From IMG/VR virus record IMGVR_UViG_2706796489_000001, positions 1 through 64,000 of that record: a DNA stretch of 64,000 nt; one strand, 5' to 3'. Below, in pieces: positions 55,113 to 63,728 of this stretch (positions are counted from its first letter, which is position 1; every line of letters begins with the position of its first letter). The position numbers and the translations under genes are program-made. Under the pieces are notes generated by a model, which was not told the origin of the DNA, ran no database searches, and saw only the letters and a list, made by a program, of their open reading frames with translations. This stretch comes from a virus (lineage: Duplodnaviria > Caudoviricetes).

Positions 55113-55142
55113 CCGCGCCCTTGTGAAGCGCGGCCCCTTGCC

Positions 55143-55850
55143 TTACTCGTCGCCGCCTTCGTCCTGAGTCATCTCGCCCACCAACTCCCAGGTCATGATG
55201 CCCCAGGTGTTGTTGTTCTTGTTGCTCTTGGCTTCGAAGGAAACGACCACTTCAACGCACTTGCCCAGCAGGCCGGCGTTCTGCACCGCCTTGTAGAAGC
55301 TTTCCCACGCCGACCAGTTCGTGGTCGAGGTGGAATAGCCAGCGCGCTGACCGGCCTTGGCCAGCTCGACGCCCTTGGGCGACTTGATGTCTTCCAGCAG
55401 CACCATCGGCACATCGACCGAACGGTACGGACGGGCCTTCGGGTCCAGCGCCACGGCCTTCTGGATGGCCTCGTTCCACGGCACGCCCTTGTCGGACATG
55501 GCGCCGTCGTAGGTGGACCAGTATTGCGCGGGGTTGCCGGCCTTGATGGATTGCTTGCACGAGAAGCCCACGCCGTCGGTCATGTCGATGTAGGCCTTGA
55601 AGCTGGAAACCAGCTCTTGGGTCTGACCGACCAGCAGGCCGAACTCCTTGCACTTGACCCAGACATCGACGGTCATGCCGCCAGCCATCAGGGTTTCCAT
55701 CGACATCTTCTGGCCAGTGGTGGCCACCGCGCCGCCCGAGGGTTGGGTCGTGGCTACCGCCGTGTTGGCCGGCGCTTGCTGGGCGACTTGTGCGGCTGCA
55801 CCAGCGGCGTTCTGCGCGGCTTGAATGGCGGCTTGGATAGGATCACTCAT
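55143..55850 (-). CDS. probable single-stranded DNA-binding protein
   Basis: In the replication cluster, strongly biased codons, beta-rich core, acidic tail (TQDEGGDE), hairpin downstream. Confidence 0.6.
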   Translation of the reverse strand: MSDPIQAAIQAAQNAAGAAAQVAQQAPANTAVATTQPSGGAVATTGQKMSMETLMAGGMTVDVWVKCKEFGLLVGQTQELVSSFKAYIDMTDGVGFSCKQSIKAGNPAQYWSTYDGAMSDKGVPWNEAIQKAVALDPKARPYRSVDVPMVLLEDIKSPKGVELAKAGQRAGYSTSTTNWSAWESFYKAVQNAGLLGKCVEVVVSFEAKSNKNNNTWGIMTWELVGEMTQDEGGDE

Positions 55851-55949
55851 TTTAATGCTCCAGGGTATGTTTCAGTTTCGATATGTCTCACCAACTTGGT
55901 GAGATGGCAAGATCATACCATGGTTGTTAAAGGATGGAAGATCCATTTA

Positions 55950-56348
55950 TCAGATAAATGTGAAGTTCTCGTCCTCCGGTTTGTGTGCTGCATTAGTCGA
56001 GTCAACCAGTTTGTTGAACTGGTCAACAGGTATGTCCCAGTGCTGGTGAGCATCAACATCCACCATCACGTCATGCTCGGTGCCGCACGGCGTGTCGTAG
56101 GTGATGAACACGAGATGCCCCATGATCATGATGGCCTGGGGACCAACAGGTTGGGTGTCCAGTTCCACGATGTCACGAGCGGCTTCGAATACCGGGAAGT
56201 GCTTGCCCAACAGATCGTTGATGGCCTCGTGGTTGTCGCAGACCACCTCTTCCAAGATGATCTCCAGCTCAACCTTCTTGGCCTTCGGGTCGTCCTTCCA
56301 GGTGTGTAGCTTGACCAGGTAGGCGAAGGGAACTTTTCCTGTGACCAT
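55950..56348 (-). CDS. hypothetical protein
   Basis: GGAGG RBS; 132 aa. Confidence 0.7.
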   Translation of the reverse strand: MVTGKVPFAYLVKLHTWKDDPKAKKVELEIILEEVVCDNHEAINDLLGKHFPVFEAARDIVELDTQPVGPQAIMIMGHLVFITYDTPCGTEHDVMVDVDAHQHWDIPVDQFNKLVDSTNAAHKPEDENFTFI

Positions 56349-56357
56349 GATGGCCTC

Positions 56358-57494
56358 CTATTGCATGCGCTTCTGGATGTCGCCCAGGGACCACTTGTCC
56401 GGGAAGTTCTTGGTCATGTAGACCGAGATCTCGCAAGCCGCGTTGTAGACCCAGCGAGGCACCTGAACGGGAGAGCCGAGGATCGCAAGATCCACCATGT
56501 CGGTGTTCAACTGGAAGGCATTGGCCCAGGCCACGATCTGTTTGGCGTGAGCGAGCTTGCCTTCGATGCCGCCGTAAGAGGTGTGGTAGTCGTCGCCCAA
56601 GACCTCTTGGCCATACGCCATGTCGGGCTTGGCCGGCGCTTCAACGAAGCAGTCGATCAACTCGCCACTGGGGCTGCGGCGTTCACGCACGCGCCACCCG
56701 AGGTTCGCACCGACCACCGAGGGTGGCGTGGCGTAGTGCGGGATGCTTTCCCACTTTTCGCGGTTGAACGGCATGTCTTCCAGGTCTTCCATCGCCAGAT
56801 GAACCTTCCCGGATTCTCGGTGCGTGTGCTTCCAGATGACGGACGACAAGGGGGAGGGTTCAGGCGTCTGGTCCGCCTTGTTCCGCAGCCAGTAGATGGC
56901 ATTGTCCAGGCTCATCGTGTCAAAGCCCGGGATGTTGCAGAAGCTGATAGCACGTCGGGCTTTCTCCAGATCGTGCTTGTAGCCGATGTTCACCCAGCCT
57001 TGCCGTTCCATCTCATCCTGGTCGGCGTCGGCGCTGGCCAGCGGGGTGGTGTAGAGCGTGCGCACCTCTTTTCCGTTCTCGTCGCAGTTGGCGAGCGCCT
57101 GAGCGTCGATGTCTTCCCAGGTGCCGTTGGAATGGAACACCTGATGCACCGGAGTTGCCATGGGGATACGTTGGTTGGCAAGCCACTGGGCTGCAACCTT
57201 CTCCGCTTCCTCTTTGCTGGCCAGCCCTCTCGCAATCTGAAAGACACGCCGGCCTTTGCACCCCCAACGGTTCACGTCCTCGAAAACATCGGTGCCATCA
57301 ATCCGCACGCACCAGCCGCTGCCGATGGTGTCGCAGACATACACCCCCTCAACCCAATCCAGGTCGGGGCGCACGCCATCATGGCGCTTGACGGCCTTCG
57401 TGGTGGCGCGCGCCGCTTTCCAGGCAGCGAAGGGAGTGACCACGCTCGCGGTCTTCTCCCAGGCTTGGAACTCTTCCAGTTCTTTGTCGATCAT
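56358..57494 (-). CDS. hypothetical mosaic protein
   Basis: 378 aa of short phage-type modules (..RTLYTTP; ..PHYATPP). Confidence 0.7.
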   Translation of the reverse strand: MIDKELEEFQAWEKTASVVTPFAAWKAARATTKAVKRHDGVRPDLDWVEGVYVCDTIGSGWCVRIDGTDVFEDVNRWGCKGRRVFQIARGLASKEEAEKVAAQWLANQRIPMATPVHQVFHSNGTWEDIDAQALANCDENGKEVRTLYTTPLASADADQDEMERQGWVNIGYKHDLEKARRAISFCNIPGFDTMSLDNAIYWLRNKADQTPEPSPLSSVIWKHTHRESGKVHLAMEDLEDMPFNREKWESIPHYATPPSVVGANLGWRVRERRSPSGELIDCFVEAPAKPDMAYGQEVLGDDYHTSYGGIEGKLAHAKQIVAWANAFQLNTDMVDLAILGSPVQVPRWVYNAACEISVYMTKNFPDKWSLGDIQKRMQ

Positions 57495-58942
57495 GATGCC
57501 TCCATAAACACCGCCATGCTGGCCTTGCGGTCAGCGATCTTGTTCACGTCGTAGATGCCGCCTTCAATGGCCTCTTCGTCCAGGTTCTGCTGCGACAGCT
57601 TGTAGATCTCCTTCGTAGGATCAACCAGGTGGGATTCACGAGACTTCATCTCGATGATCTTCATGATGCGCTGGTCAATCGAGTCGCGGTATTCCAGCAC
57701 GTAGATCAGCAGCGGCGTCTCGCGCTTGCCGCGAATGCCCCGGCGATACGCCTGCATGAAGGAGTCGTCTTGGTAATCTAGCGAAGCGAACACCATAACC
57801 CTCAGATGGTTCCAGTTGAACCCGATGCCGGCCGTGGCGGGCGAGGCCACCACGCAGTCGAGCAAGCCGGCCTGGAACTGTGCGTCGATCTCGGCGCGGC
57901 GCGCGGCCGACACCGTACCGTTGATCAGACCCGTGCGCAGGCCAAGCGACTTGGCCAGCTCCACGATGCGCAGTTGCTCGGGGATGAGTGAGGCGAAGAC
58001 CGCAATGGGTTCGCCCGACTGCACGGCGTTGCCCAGGTGGATCTTCAGGCGCTCATCCTTGCCCGTCGTGCCGACCTTCAGGCCGAACGTCTCGGGATGA
58101 GCCATGAGCTGGCGGCAACGAATCGCCGACGTGCCGGGAGATCCAGCCGACAAGAACGAATCTTCCAGCTCGACCAGTGCGTCGGCTTCCATCGAGTCGT
58201 AGACCTTGCGCTGCGCGGGACTCATGTCGCACAGCTCGGGGATGATGACTTTCGACTCCGGCCCGTGGACCTCTTCGAAGGTGTGGCGCACGGCCACGTT
58301 CATGAAGATCTGGCGCAGCTTCTCGTGGTTGCGCCACCCAGTGATCTTGCCACCATCGTCGCGCACGGCGTGGTAGCCCAGGAACGCGCCGTAGGTGCCG
58401 TAGAAGCGCGGCTCGATGATGTTCAAGGCCGGGTAGGCCGAGGTCAGCCGGCCCTTGATGATGGTGCCAGTCATGCCGAGGAAGGTGTCAACTTCCTTCA
58501 TCGAGTCATAGAGCGCCTGGGTGCGGCCGGAGTCATGACCCGCGTAGCCCAGGTGCATCTCGTCCACCGTCAAGTGGCCGATCTGCGGGTGATGGTGAAG
58601 GATGTTCTCCCAGTCCGAGGACCAGCGGTCAAAGCCCATCAGCAAGACCTTCGGCTCGCGGCGCAGCAGCATCTGTTCACGTTGTGCCGGCGTGCCGTCG
58701 AGGATCAAGACCTCTTCGTCGCGGAAGTGGCTGAATTCCAGCAAGTCAACCTTGTTCTTGCGCAGGAGCGACTTGGGCATGGCCCACACCGACTTGGTGT
58801 TCTTCTCGCTGGCCAGATACCACGAGTACATCGCGGCGCTGCCGGTCTTCTGCGCGCCAGGGTCCGACAGGTTCAGGCAGCGGCGCGTCTGAATATAGAA
58901 GGCCAGGTCAACGATCTGGTGCGGGCGGGGAGTCTTCTTCAT
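57491..58942 (-). CDS. superfamily 2 (SNF2-like) helicase
   Basis: DPGAQKT (motif I), VDEMH (II), MTGT (III), AGIGFN, QAYRR (VI). Confidence 0.9.
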   Translation of the reverse strand: MKKTPRPHQIVDLAFYIQTRRCLNLSDPGAQKTGSAAMYSWYLASEKNTKSVWAMPKSLLRKNKVDLLEFSHFRDEEVLILDGTPAQREQMLLRREPKVLLMGFDRWSSDWENILHHHPQIGHLTVDEMHLGYAGHDSGRTQALYDSMKEVDTFLGMTGTIIKGRLTSAYPALNIIEPRFYGTYGAFLGYHAVRDDGGKITGWRNHEKLRQIFMNVAVRHTFEEVHGPESKVIIPELCDMSPAQRKVYDSMEADALVELEDSFLSAGSPGTSAIRCRQLMAHPETFGLKVGTTGKDERLKIHLGNAVQSGEPIAVFASLIPEQLRIVELAKSLGLRTGLINGTVSAARRAEIDAQFQAGLLDCVVASPATAGIGFNWNHLRVMVFASLDYQDDSFMQAYRRGIRGKRETPLLIYVLEYRDSIDQRIMKIIEMKSRESHLVDPTKEIYKLSQQNLDEEAIEGGIYDVNKIADRKASMAVFMEAS

Positions 58943-58945
58943 GGC

Positions 58946-59650
58946 TTACCTCTTGGGCGGCAACGGACCCAGCGGGTCATCGTCGCGGCGCATGTGACGT
59001 TTGAGCACCATCATGCCCAGGTTCTCCAGGGGCATCTGGTGCAACAGGTCGAAGTCTTCGACCGTCAACGTGGTTTGGATCTTTTCAACCGGCTCGTTGA
59101 TGACGAGCAGCGACGAGCCGGTCAAGATGATGTTTCGCCGGCTGTTGTAGCTCAGGGTCTTCAGCTCTTCCAGCAGGCCGGAGTGCTTGTAGGTGAGCTG
59201 GGTCATGACCAGCGGTTGTACGTTCGTGCGGCCCAGCTCGGTCACGAGCTGCGAGAGCGACGGCGCGGTCCACACGGGGCGCACGATCGGCTCCAGCGGG
59301 CTGGACAAACGGGACAGGGTGTACAGAGGCCGCAGAAGCTCGTTGGCGGCGTCTTCGATGAAGTACACCCCTGGGGTATAGGCAGGCTTCGGAAGCGGCA
59401 GCATGGCCCGCACAAGGGGGTCAGCGGCCAGGCGTCGGAAGGCCTCCCAGTGACGCGGGTCCGGCACCTGGGCGCTCACCGGGAAGAGGTGGTTGCAGGG
59501 GAACCGCGTCACGGGCCGGACGTTGAAAGGGGAGGGCGCTTTCATCGACAGAAAGTTGGTCGCCCCGCGCCCCTGGTGCAGGTAGGCCACGCCTTCCTCG
59601 CTCCAGTGGACGCCGTAGTGGCTGACATCAGTGATGATTTTTTCGGTCAT
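58946..59650 (-). CDS. hypothetical protein
   Basis: 234-aa ORF, coupled to its neighbours. Confidence 0.7.
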   Translation of the reverse strand: MTEKIITDVSHYGVHWSEEGVAYLHQGRGATNFLSMKAPSPFNVRPVTRFPCNHLFPVSAQVPDPRHWEAFRRLAADPLVRAMLPLPKPAYTPGVYFIEDAANELLRPLYTLSRLSSPLEPIVRPVWTAPSLSQLVTELGRTNVQPLVMTQLTYKHSGLLEELKTLSYNSRRNIILTGSSLLVINEPVEKIQTTLTVEDFDLLHQMPLENLGMMVLKRHMRRDDDPLGPLPPKR

Positions 59651-60048
59651 AGTGCTACCAGCTCGGCAATACCCTTGTTGGTGTAGGTTGAGATGTCCAA
59701 CAGATCGTTCAAGGTCACGTTGAACACCCCCTTCTCGATGGCCGCGAGCTTATGCGTCGTCCAGCCGATCTTCAGGGCTGCTTCTTGGCGGGTTTGTCGG
59801 ATCTCCATTGAACGGGAGAAGGCCAGCCGCTCCCCCAGTTTTTCATGAGTTCGACTGAGGGTTTTATTCATGTTGTCTGAGGAAGCGGTGGATGAACGGT
59901 GGGTCGCCTTGACCCCCTTAGCCGCGAGGATCTTCCTGACCAATGCTTCTGAGATCTGGAAAGACCTGGCGACTGCGGGGCCAGATTGACCATCAAGGTA
60001 GCTTTGAACTACCTGTTGGTCGCGCTCATCCTTCGTCATGCCGATCAA
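59647..60048 (-). CDS. HTH transcriptional regulator (two HTHs, XRE-like)
   Basis: SGPAVARSFQISEALVRKIL; TRQEAALKIGWT..KLAAIEKG. Confidence 0.8.
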   Translation of the reverse strand: MIGMTKDERDQQVVQSYLDGQSGPAVARSFQISEALVRKILAAKGVKATHRSSTASSDNMNKTLSRTHEKLGERLAFSRSMEIRQTRQEAALKIGWTTHKLAAIEKGVFNVTLNDLLDISTYTNKGIAELVAL

Positions 60049-60278
60049 CCGATCTTGCGATACGGGTAGTTGTGCGGGTTGTTCTTGATGTTGGCGGCAA
60101 ACGCCGAACCCACCGAGGACGACTTGACGAAAACGGCATCGACCACTTGGTCCGGCACGTCGCTGTATTCGTAGATGCCACCACGGTTGAACTTGACGGT
60201 CAAGACCCGGGCCTCGGCGTTGTAGTGGTAGCCAGAGATCTGCGACGATTCCACGGCGGTGAAGTTGATGTTCGACAT
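60045..60278 (-). CDS. KTSC domain protein
   Basis: VESSQI..YHY.....LTVKF..GG.YEY.DVP.......S.SVGS.F...IK. Confidence 0.88.
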   Translation of the reverse strand: MSNINFTAVESSQISGYHYNAEARVLTVKFNRGGIYEYSDVPDQVVDAVFVKSSSVGSAFAANIKNNPHNYPYRKIG

Positions 60279-60308
60279 CTTGATTCCTTACTGGAAAGCT
60301 TGAGGGGT

Positions 60309-60338
60309 AAAAAAGCGGGGCCGGCGGCCCCGCTTTTT
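60309..60338. terminator. rho-independent terminator (bidirectional-type)
   Basis: AAAAAAGCGGGGCC-GGC-GGCCCCGCTTTTT. Confidence 0.85.
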
Positions 60339-60357
60339 CATCAGGCGCAGCGCGCCG

Positions 60358-60783
60358 TCAGAGGGGAGAGCACGGGTCGGCCAGGTGCCAGTTCGTGGGC
60401 CACGCCACGCGCTTCAGCGGGCCAGGGCGCTTGTCTCGCATCAGCACCTTGGCCCACGGCCGCACGTCACGGCGCCAGAGCAGTTGCATCACGGCCGTGG
60501 CCACGCGGGCCATGCGGCGCATCGGCGCGCTGGCCAGCAGGAACAGAGCCAGCAGGCCCAGGCCGGCGAGCAGCAGGGCGATGGCGGGTGCAGCTTGGGC
60601 TTGCGCGAGGACTTGATCGACGTAGCTGGCCGGCGCGGACGAGACCGCAGCGGCCGGTTCGGCGTAGGCGTGGAGGGAGGCGTAGGTGCTGGTTTGCACG
60701 ATGTCGATGGCTTGTGCCTGGCCGGCAAAGCAAGCTGCCAGGCCCATGACGGCCCCGACGATGGCGATACGGATGGATCTCAT
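60358..60783 (-). CDS. exported/membrane-anchored hypothetical protein
   Basis: Signal peptide ending in AQA plus a second hydrophobic helix; AAGGAG RBS. Confidence 0.7.
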   Translation of the reverse strand: MRSIRIAIVGAVMGLAACFAGQAQAIDIVQTSTYASLHAYAEPAAAVSSAPASYVDQVLAQAQAAPAIALLLAGLGLLALFLLASAPMRRMARVATAVMQLLWRRDVRPWAKVLMRDKRPGPLKRVAWPTNWHLADPCSPL

Positions 60784-60834
60784 ATAGAACAACTCCTTGT
60801 GGTTTACCAGTGGTCCGACTGGCGGCGGAAAAGG

Positions 60835-60922
60835 TGGTACAGGTGGCGGGTATCGAACCTAAACACTCGTCAGTGCGCGCCTTCCGGTTAAGAACCGGGT
60901 GCTCTCCTTGAGCTACACCTGT
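60835..60922 (-). tRNA. tRNA-Lys(CUU), atypical (88 nt, encoded CCA)
   Basis: Acceptor ACAGGTG/CACCTGT-A-CCA; D arm GCTC/GAGC; anticodon loop TT-CTT-AA; TTCGATA T loop; 16-nt insertion in the T stem. Confidence 0.82.
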
Positions 60923-61320
60923 TCGGACGTTTCATCTGGGTTGCCTTTGAGCGCGAACATGATGGCTCGCACCAGGTTGAAGCCAGCGTCACCCGTGGGG
61001 TCTTGACTGAAGTCGAACAAGGCATCATCCACGGCCTTGATGTTCTGGATGTGCTCGACTTCAGCTTGGGGGATCTCGTGCGGGGTGTTGTAGAGCACGG
61101 GCGGCGCTGTCGGGGCGGTGTAGCCCAGCGCGGCCAGGCGCTCTTGGATACCAGGGAAGGGCTTGCCGGAATGCGAGACGCCCAGGAAGAGGAAGTTCAG
61201 GCGCGCTTCCTTGTCCTTGATGACCGAGGTGGGAAGCTTCACCCATCCCGTCACGCGAACGGCGGGGCCGTATTGGTCCATCTGGACAGCGCGGGTTTGC
61301 AGGTGTTCACCGGATCGCAT
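60913..61320 (-). CDS. hypothetical protein
   Basis: AAGGA RBS; its last codons overlap the tRNA 5' end. Confidence 0.65.
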   Translation of the reverse strand: MRSGEHLQTRAVQMDQYGPAVRVTGWVKLPTSVIKDKEARLNFLFLGVSHSGKPFPGIQERLAALGYTAPTAPPVLYNTPHEIPQAEVEHIQNIKAVDDALFDFSQDPTGDAGFNLVRAIMFALKGNPDETSEQV

Positions 61321-61347
61321 AATGATTCCTTGTTGGAAGATTGAAGG

Positions 61348-61629
61348 TTACTTCTTCTTGCCCGAAATGACCAGGGTTCGTTTCAAATTCTTGACGACCC
61401 GTTCCTGCGCCGGGGTGAGCGTGCCGCTGGCCAGCAGGTTGTTGGCGGCGGTGTACCACGTCTGCCGGTCCACGGTCACAGGCTCACGCGGGTCGTCAGG
61501 ATCGAACGCGGCCTGGACGGTGTTGACCTTGCGCAGCACCGCCGCCGTCTTGGCCAGCGTATCGACGGCTTCCTTGGTCGAGTACAGGCGCTCGCGGGGA
61601 GCTTCATCGTAGGGTTGATCTTGGTTCAC
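61348..61629 (-). CDS. hypothetical protein
   Basis: GTGA-coupled start at 61629. Confidence 0.6.
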   Translation of the reverse strand: MNQDQPYDEAPRERLYSTKEAVDTLAKTAAVLRKVNTVQAAFDPDDPREPVTVDRQTWYTAANNLLASGTLTPAQERVVKNLKRTLVISGKKK

Positions 61630-62000
61630 AGCTTGATGTCCATGTACATGGACGCGCTCGCACGCGCCCGGTGTTTGATGTTGTTCTCGTCGCCACGTTG
61701 GAAGATGCCAACCAGCTCCGGGATCTCGGGGTGCGTGGAGAAGTAGCAGTTCTCCGGCACGAATGGCTTCAGGCGCTCGTTGATGTCTTCGAAGATCGCC
61801 TGTCCATGCGCGCACCAGAACGGATGATTCTCGTCATGCAGCGCTTCACGCAGGCCTTTCGGAATCCATTCTTCCTTCAGGCGGTTGATCTGTTCGATGT
61901 CCACGCGGGACAGAACCAAGATCGCTGCATCAACCAGCTTGCACAGCGACTTGTTCTCCGCGATGTACACCGGACGTTGCTCCGGCAACTCGTAGGCCAT
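61626..62000 (-). CDS. hypothetical protein
   Basis: GAGG RBS; 124 aa. Confidence 0.7.
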   Translation of the reverse strand: MAYELPEQRPVYIAENKSLCKLVDAAILVLSRVDIEQINRLKEEWIPKGLREALHDENHPFWCAHGQAIFEDINERLKPFVPENCYFSTHPEIPELVGIFQRGDENNIKHRARASASMYMDIKL

Positions 62001-62002
62001 GA

Positions 62003-62194
62003 CTACCTCGTCTCGACTTTCGCGCCCTTGGGCAGCGCATACAGGGGCGTGATCATGAAGTCCTTGACCGCGCCGGCTTTCTTGAACACGGTCATGGTCT
62101 CCTTCCAGGAATCAAGCACCTTCTGGCACTTGAAGAAGCGCTGGCGCACGCCGCCCCTCGGGTACGTGACCAGCATGACTGCTGCATTACTCAT
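62003..62194 (-). CDS. small hypothetical protein
   Basis: Packed operon. Confidence 0.6.
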   Translation of the reverse strand: MSNAAVMLVTYPRGGVRQRFFKCQKVLDSWKETMTVFKKAGAVKDFMITPLYALPKGAKVETR

Positions 62195-62759
62195 TGCACA
62201 GGTATCCTTTCCCCATCTTGTGGAGTGTTTTGATGACCAACTCGCGGTTGAAGTCGATCATGTAGACGTGGTTCAAGACCTCATCCAACGTCGAAGGTCC
62301 GCCGACCATGAAGATCTGATCAAGCAGATCCTCGCAGTCGCGGCGAAGCAATTCTTCTTCATCGGGTGGAGCCTCGTCCTTCTTGTCCTTCTTCGGCCGG
62401 CTAGCCGATTGACCTTGCATCACGCACTCCCAGTGCTCGGGGTTGCAGCACAGGGTGTTGTCGCAGGTGTTGACCAGGCGCCATGGCAGCGGCAACTCAG
62501 CCACAGCCGGCACAAGGAACTCGTACACAATGCGGTTCACGCGCAGGTACTTGCCCTTGTCCATGATCTCGCCATACGGCTTGTCAATCGAGGTGTACAT
62601 CGACACCGGCATGCCGTAGACGAACTTGTGGCGGATGCGAGTGCTGGCCGTTGTCTTCTTGCCCGTCCATGGCCAGCACTTGTCCTTCTCCCCGTAGTTC
62701 TCGATACGAGGGAGAAGGCGGTCCATCAACAGCTTCAGTTCGTCGCGGGTCATGGTCAC
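62187..62759 (-). CDS. degenerate HNH (zinc-binding loop type) protein
   Basis: CWPWTG...YG...RVNRIVY...LVNTCDNTLCCNPEHW; the expected catalytic His is replaced by Asn. Confidence 0.65.
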   Translation of the reverse strand: MTMTRDELKLLMDRLLPRIENYGEKDKCWPWTGKKTTASTRIRHKFVYGMPVSMYTSIDKPYGEIMDKGKYLRVNRIVYEFLVPAVAELPLPWRLVNTCDNTLCCNPEHWECVMQGQSASRPKKDKKDEAPPDEEELLRRDCEDLLDQIFMVGGPSTLDEVLNHVYMIDFNRELVIKTLHKMGKGYLCNE

Positions 62760-62926
62760 TCCAGCGCTTCGAAGTCCGCGAACGGCACGAACGCATTGAG
62801 CGTGGGTGCCTCGCAGTTGCTGCACTCCAGCGTGAGGTCGAGCTTGCCTTCCGGCATGAACTCCCCCACGTCCAGGATCAGGGGCGCGCCGCAGTGAGCG
62901 CAAGGGATCGTTGTGGTCGAGGCCAT
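62756..62926 (-). CDS. small zinc-ribbon protein (56 aa, not in the ORF track)
   Basis: MASTTTIPCAHCGAPL...LECSNCEAP...; GGAGG RBS; GTGA coupling to the next gene. Confidence 0.7.
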   Translation of the reverse strand: MASTTTIPCAHCGAPLILDVGEFMPEGKLDLTLECSNCEAPTLNAFVPFADFEALE

Positions 62927-62929
62927 GGT

Positions 62930-63097
62930 TCAACCCTCCATGTTCACGTCGCGCACGACGTAGCCGGCCTTGGTTGCAATCCGGGATGCCTGGTCACGGT
63001 TGGCGGCGTAGACCGTAATCTGGCGTTCCGGGCCTTCCACGCCCACCTGGTAGACGTGGCCCTTCGGGGTAGCGATTCCGAGGGTGGTCATGGTCAC
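62930..63097 (-). CDS. small hypothetical protein (55 aa, not in the ORF track)
   Basis: GTGA-coupled; reads TMTTLGIATPKGHVYQVGVEG...VRDVNMEG. Confidence 0.6.
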   Translation of the reverse strand: MTMTTLGIATPKGHVYQVGVEGPERQITVYAANRDQASRIATKAGYVVRDVNMEG

Positions 63098-63324
63098 AGG
63101 TGAACCAGCAGGTTGTCGAAGAATTCCTGCGGCTCACGGGTGCAGTTGCCACCCGTGTAAGCGCGGATGTGCCGGGTCGTCGTGCTGCTGTACTTGGCCT
63201 CGGTCTGCACGTAGCCACGGCCCGGGATGAACGCGGCGACCGGCGTCTCGTAGGAGAACAGCACCTCGGTGCCGTCCTTCAGGATGATCGTGGTCGAGTT
63301 GGTGGTGTTGATCTTCAGCTTCAT
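63094..63324 (-). CDS. small hypothetical phage protein
   Basis: LFSYETPVAAF...KYSSTTTRHI. Confidence 0.7.
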   Translation of the reverse strand: MKLKINTTNSTTIILKDGTEVLFSYETPVAAFIPGRGYVQTEAKYSSTTTRHIRAYTGGNCTREPQEFFDNLLVHL

Positions 63325-63728
63325 GATGATCCGTTTCCTTTGTTGTCGTAGTAGGCGCGAAGCGCGGCCTGGAGTCCTTCCTTCAGCACCTGGAGACGCG
63401 AGCCTGGGCGGCGGTGGTCGTCGATGACTTCTCTCAGTGCCTTCACCATCGCCGCCGTCACCTGGATCTCGACCGCTTCGCTCGGAGGCGGCGGCTCTTG
63501 ATACTCAGGTGCGCGCAGCGTCTCGGTCAGCTTGCCGTCTTTGAAGAAGCAAACTTCACCCCAGCGGTAGATGCGCAGCCAGGCCATCTGTGCGCCGGCC
63601 CGCCGCCAATCGGTGCCGGCGTATTCCATGTGGCCATTCTGGACGATGTGATAGACCGAGGGTCCGGTTTGGACCGCGATCATCATGTCCAGCATGGTGT
63701 AGCGCTTAGTCTTCGTCGTCTTCGTCAT
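63321..63728 (-). CDS. hypothetical protein
   Basis: Start near 63728 (MTKTTKTKRY). Confidence 0.6.
   Translation of the reverse strand: MTKTTKTKRYTMLDMMIAVQTGPSVYHIVQNGHMEYAGTDWRRAGAQMAWLRIYRWGEVCFFKDGKLTETLRAPEYQEPPPPSEAVEIQVTAAMVKALREVIDDHRRPGSRLQVLKEGLQAALRAYYDNKGNGSS

Noticed and set aside
60835-60922. tRNA fragment acting as attP of a temperate phage
   Set aside because: The tRNA is complete, and no integrase or excisionase is visible in the window
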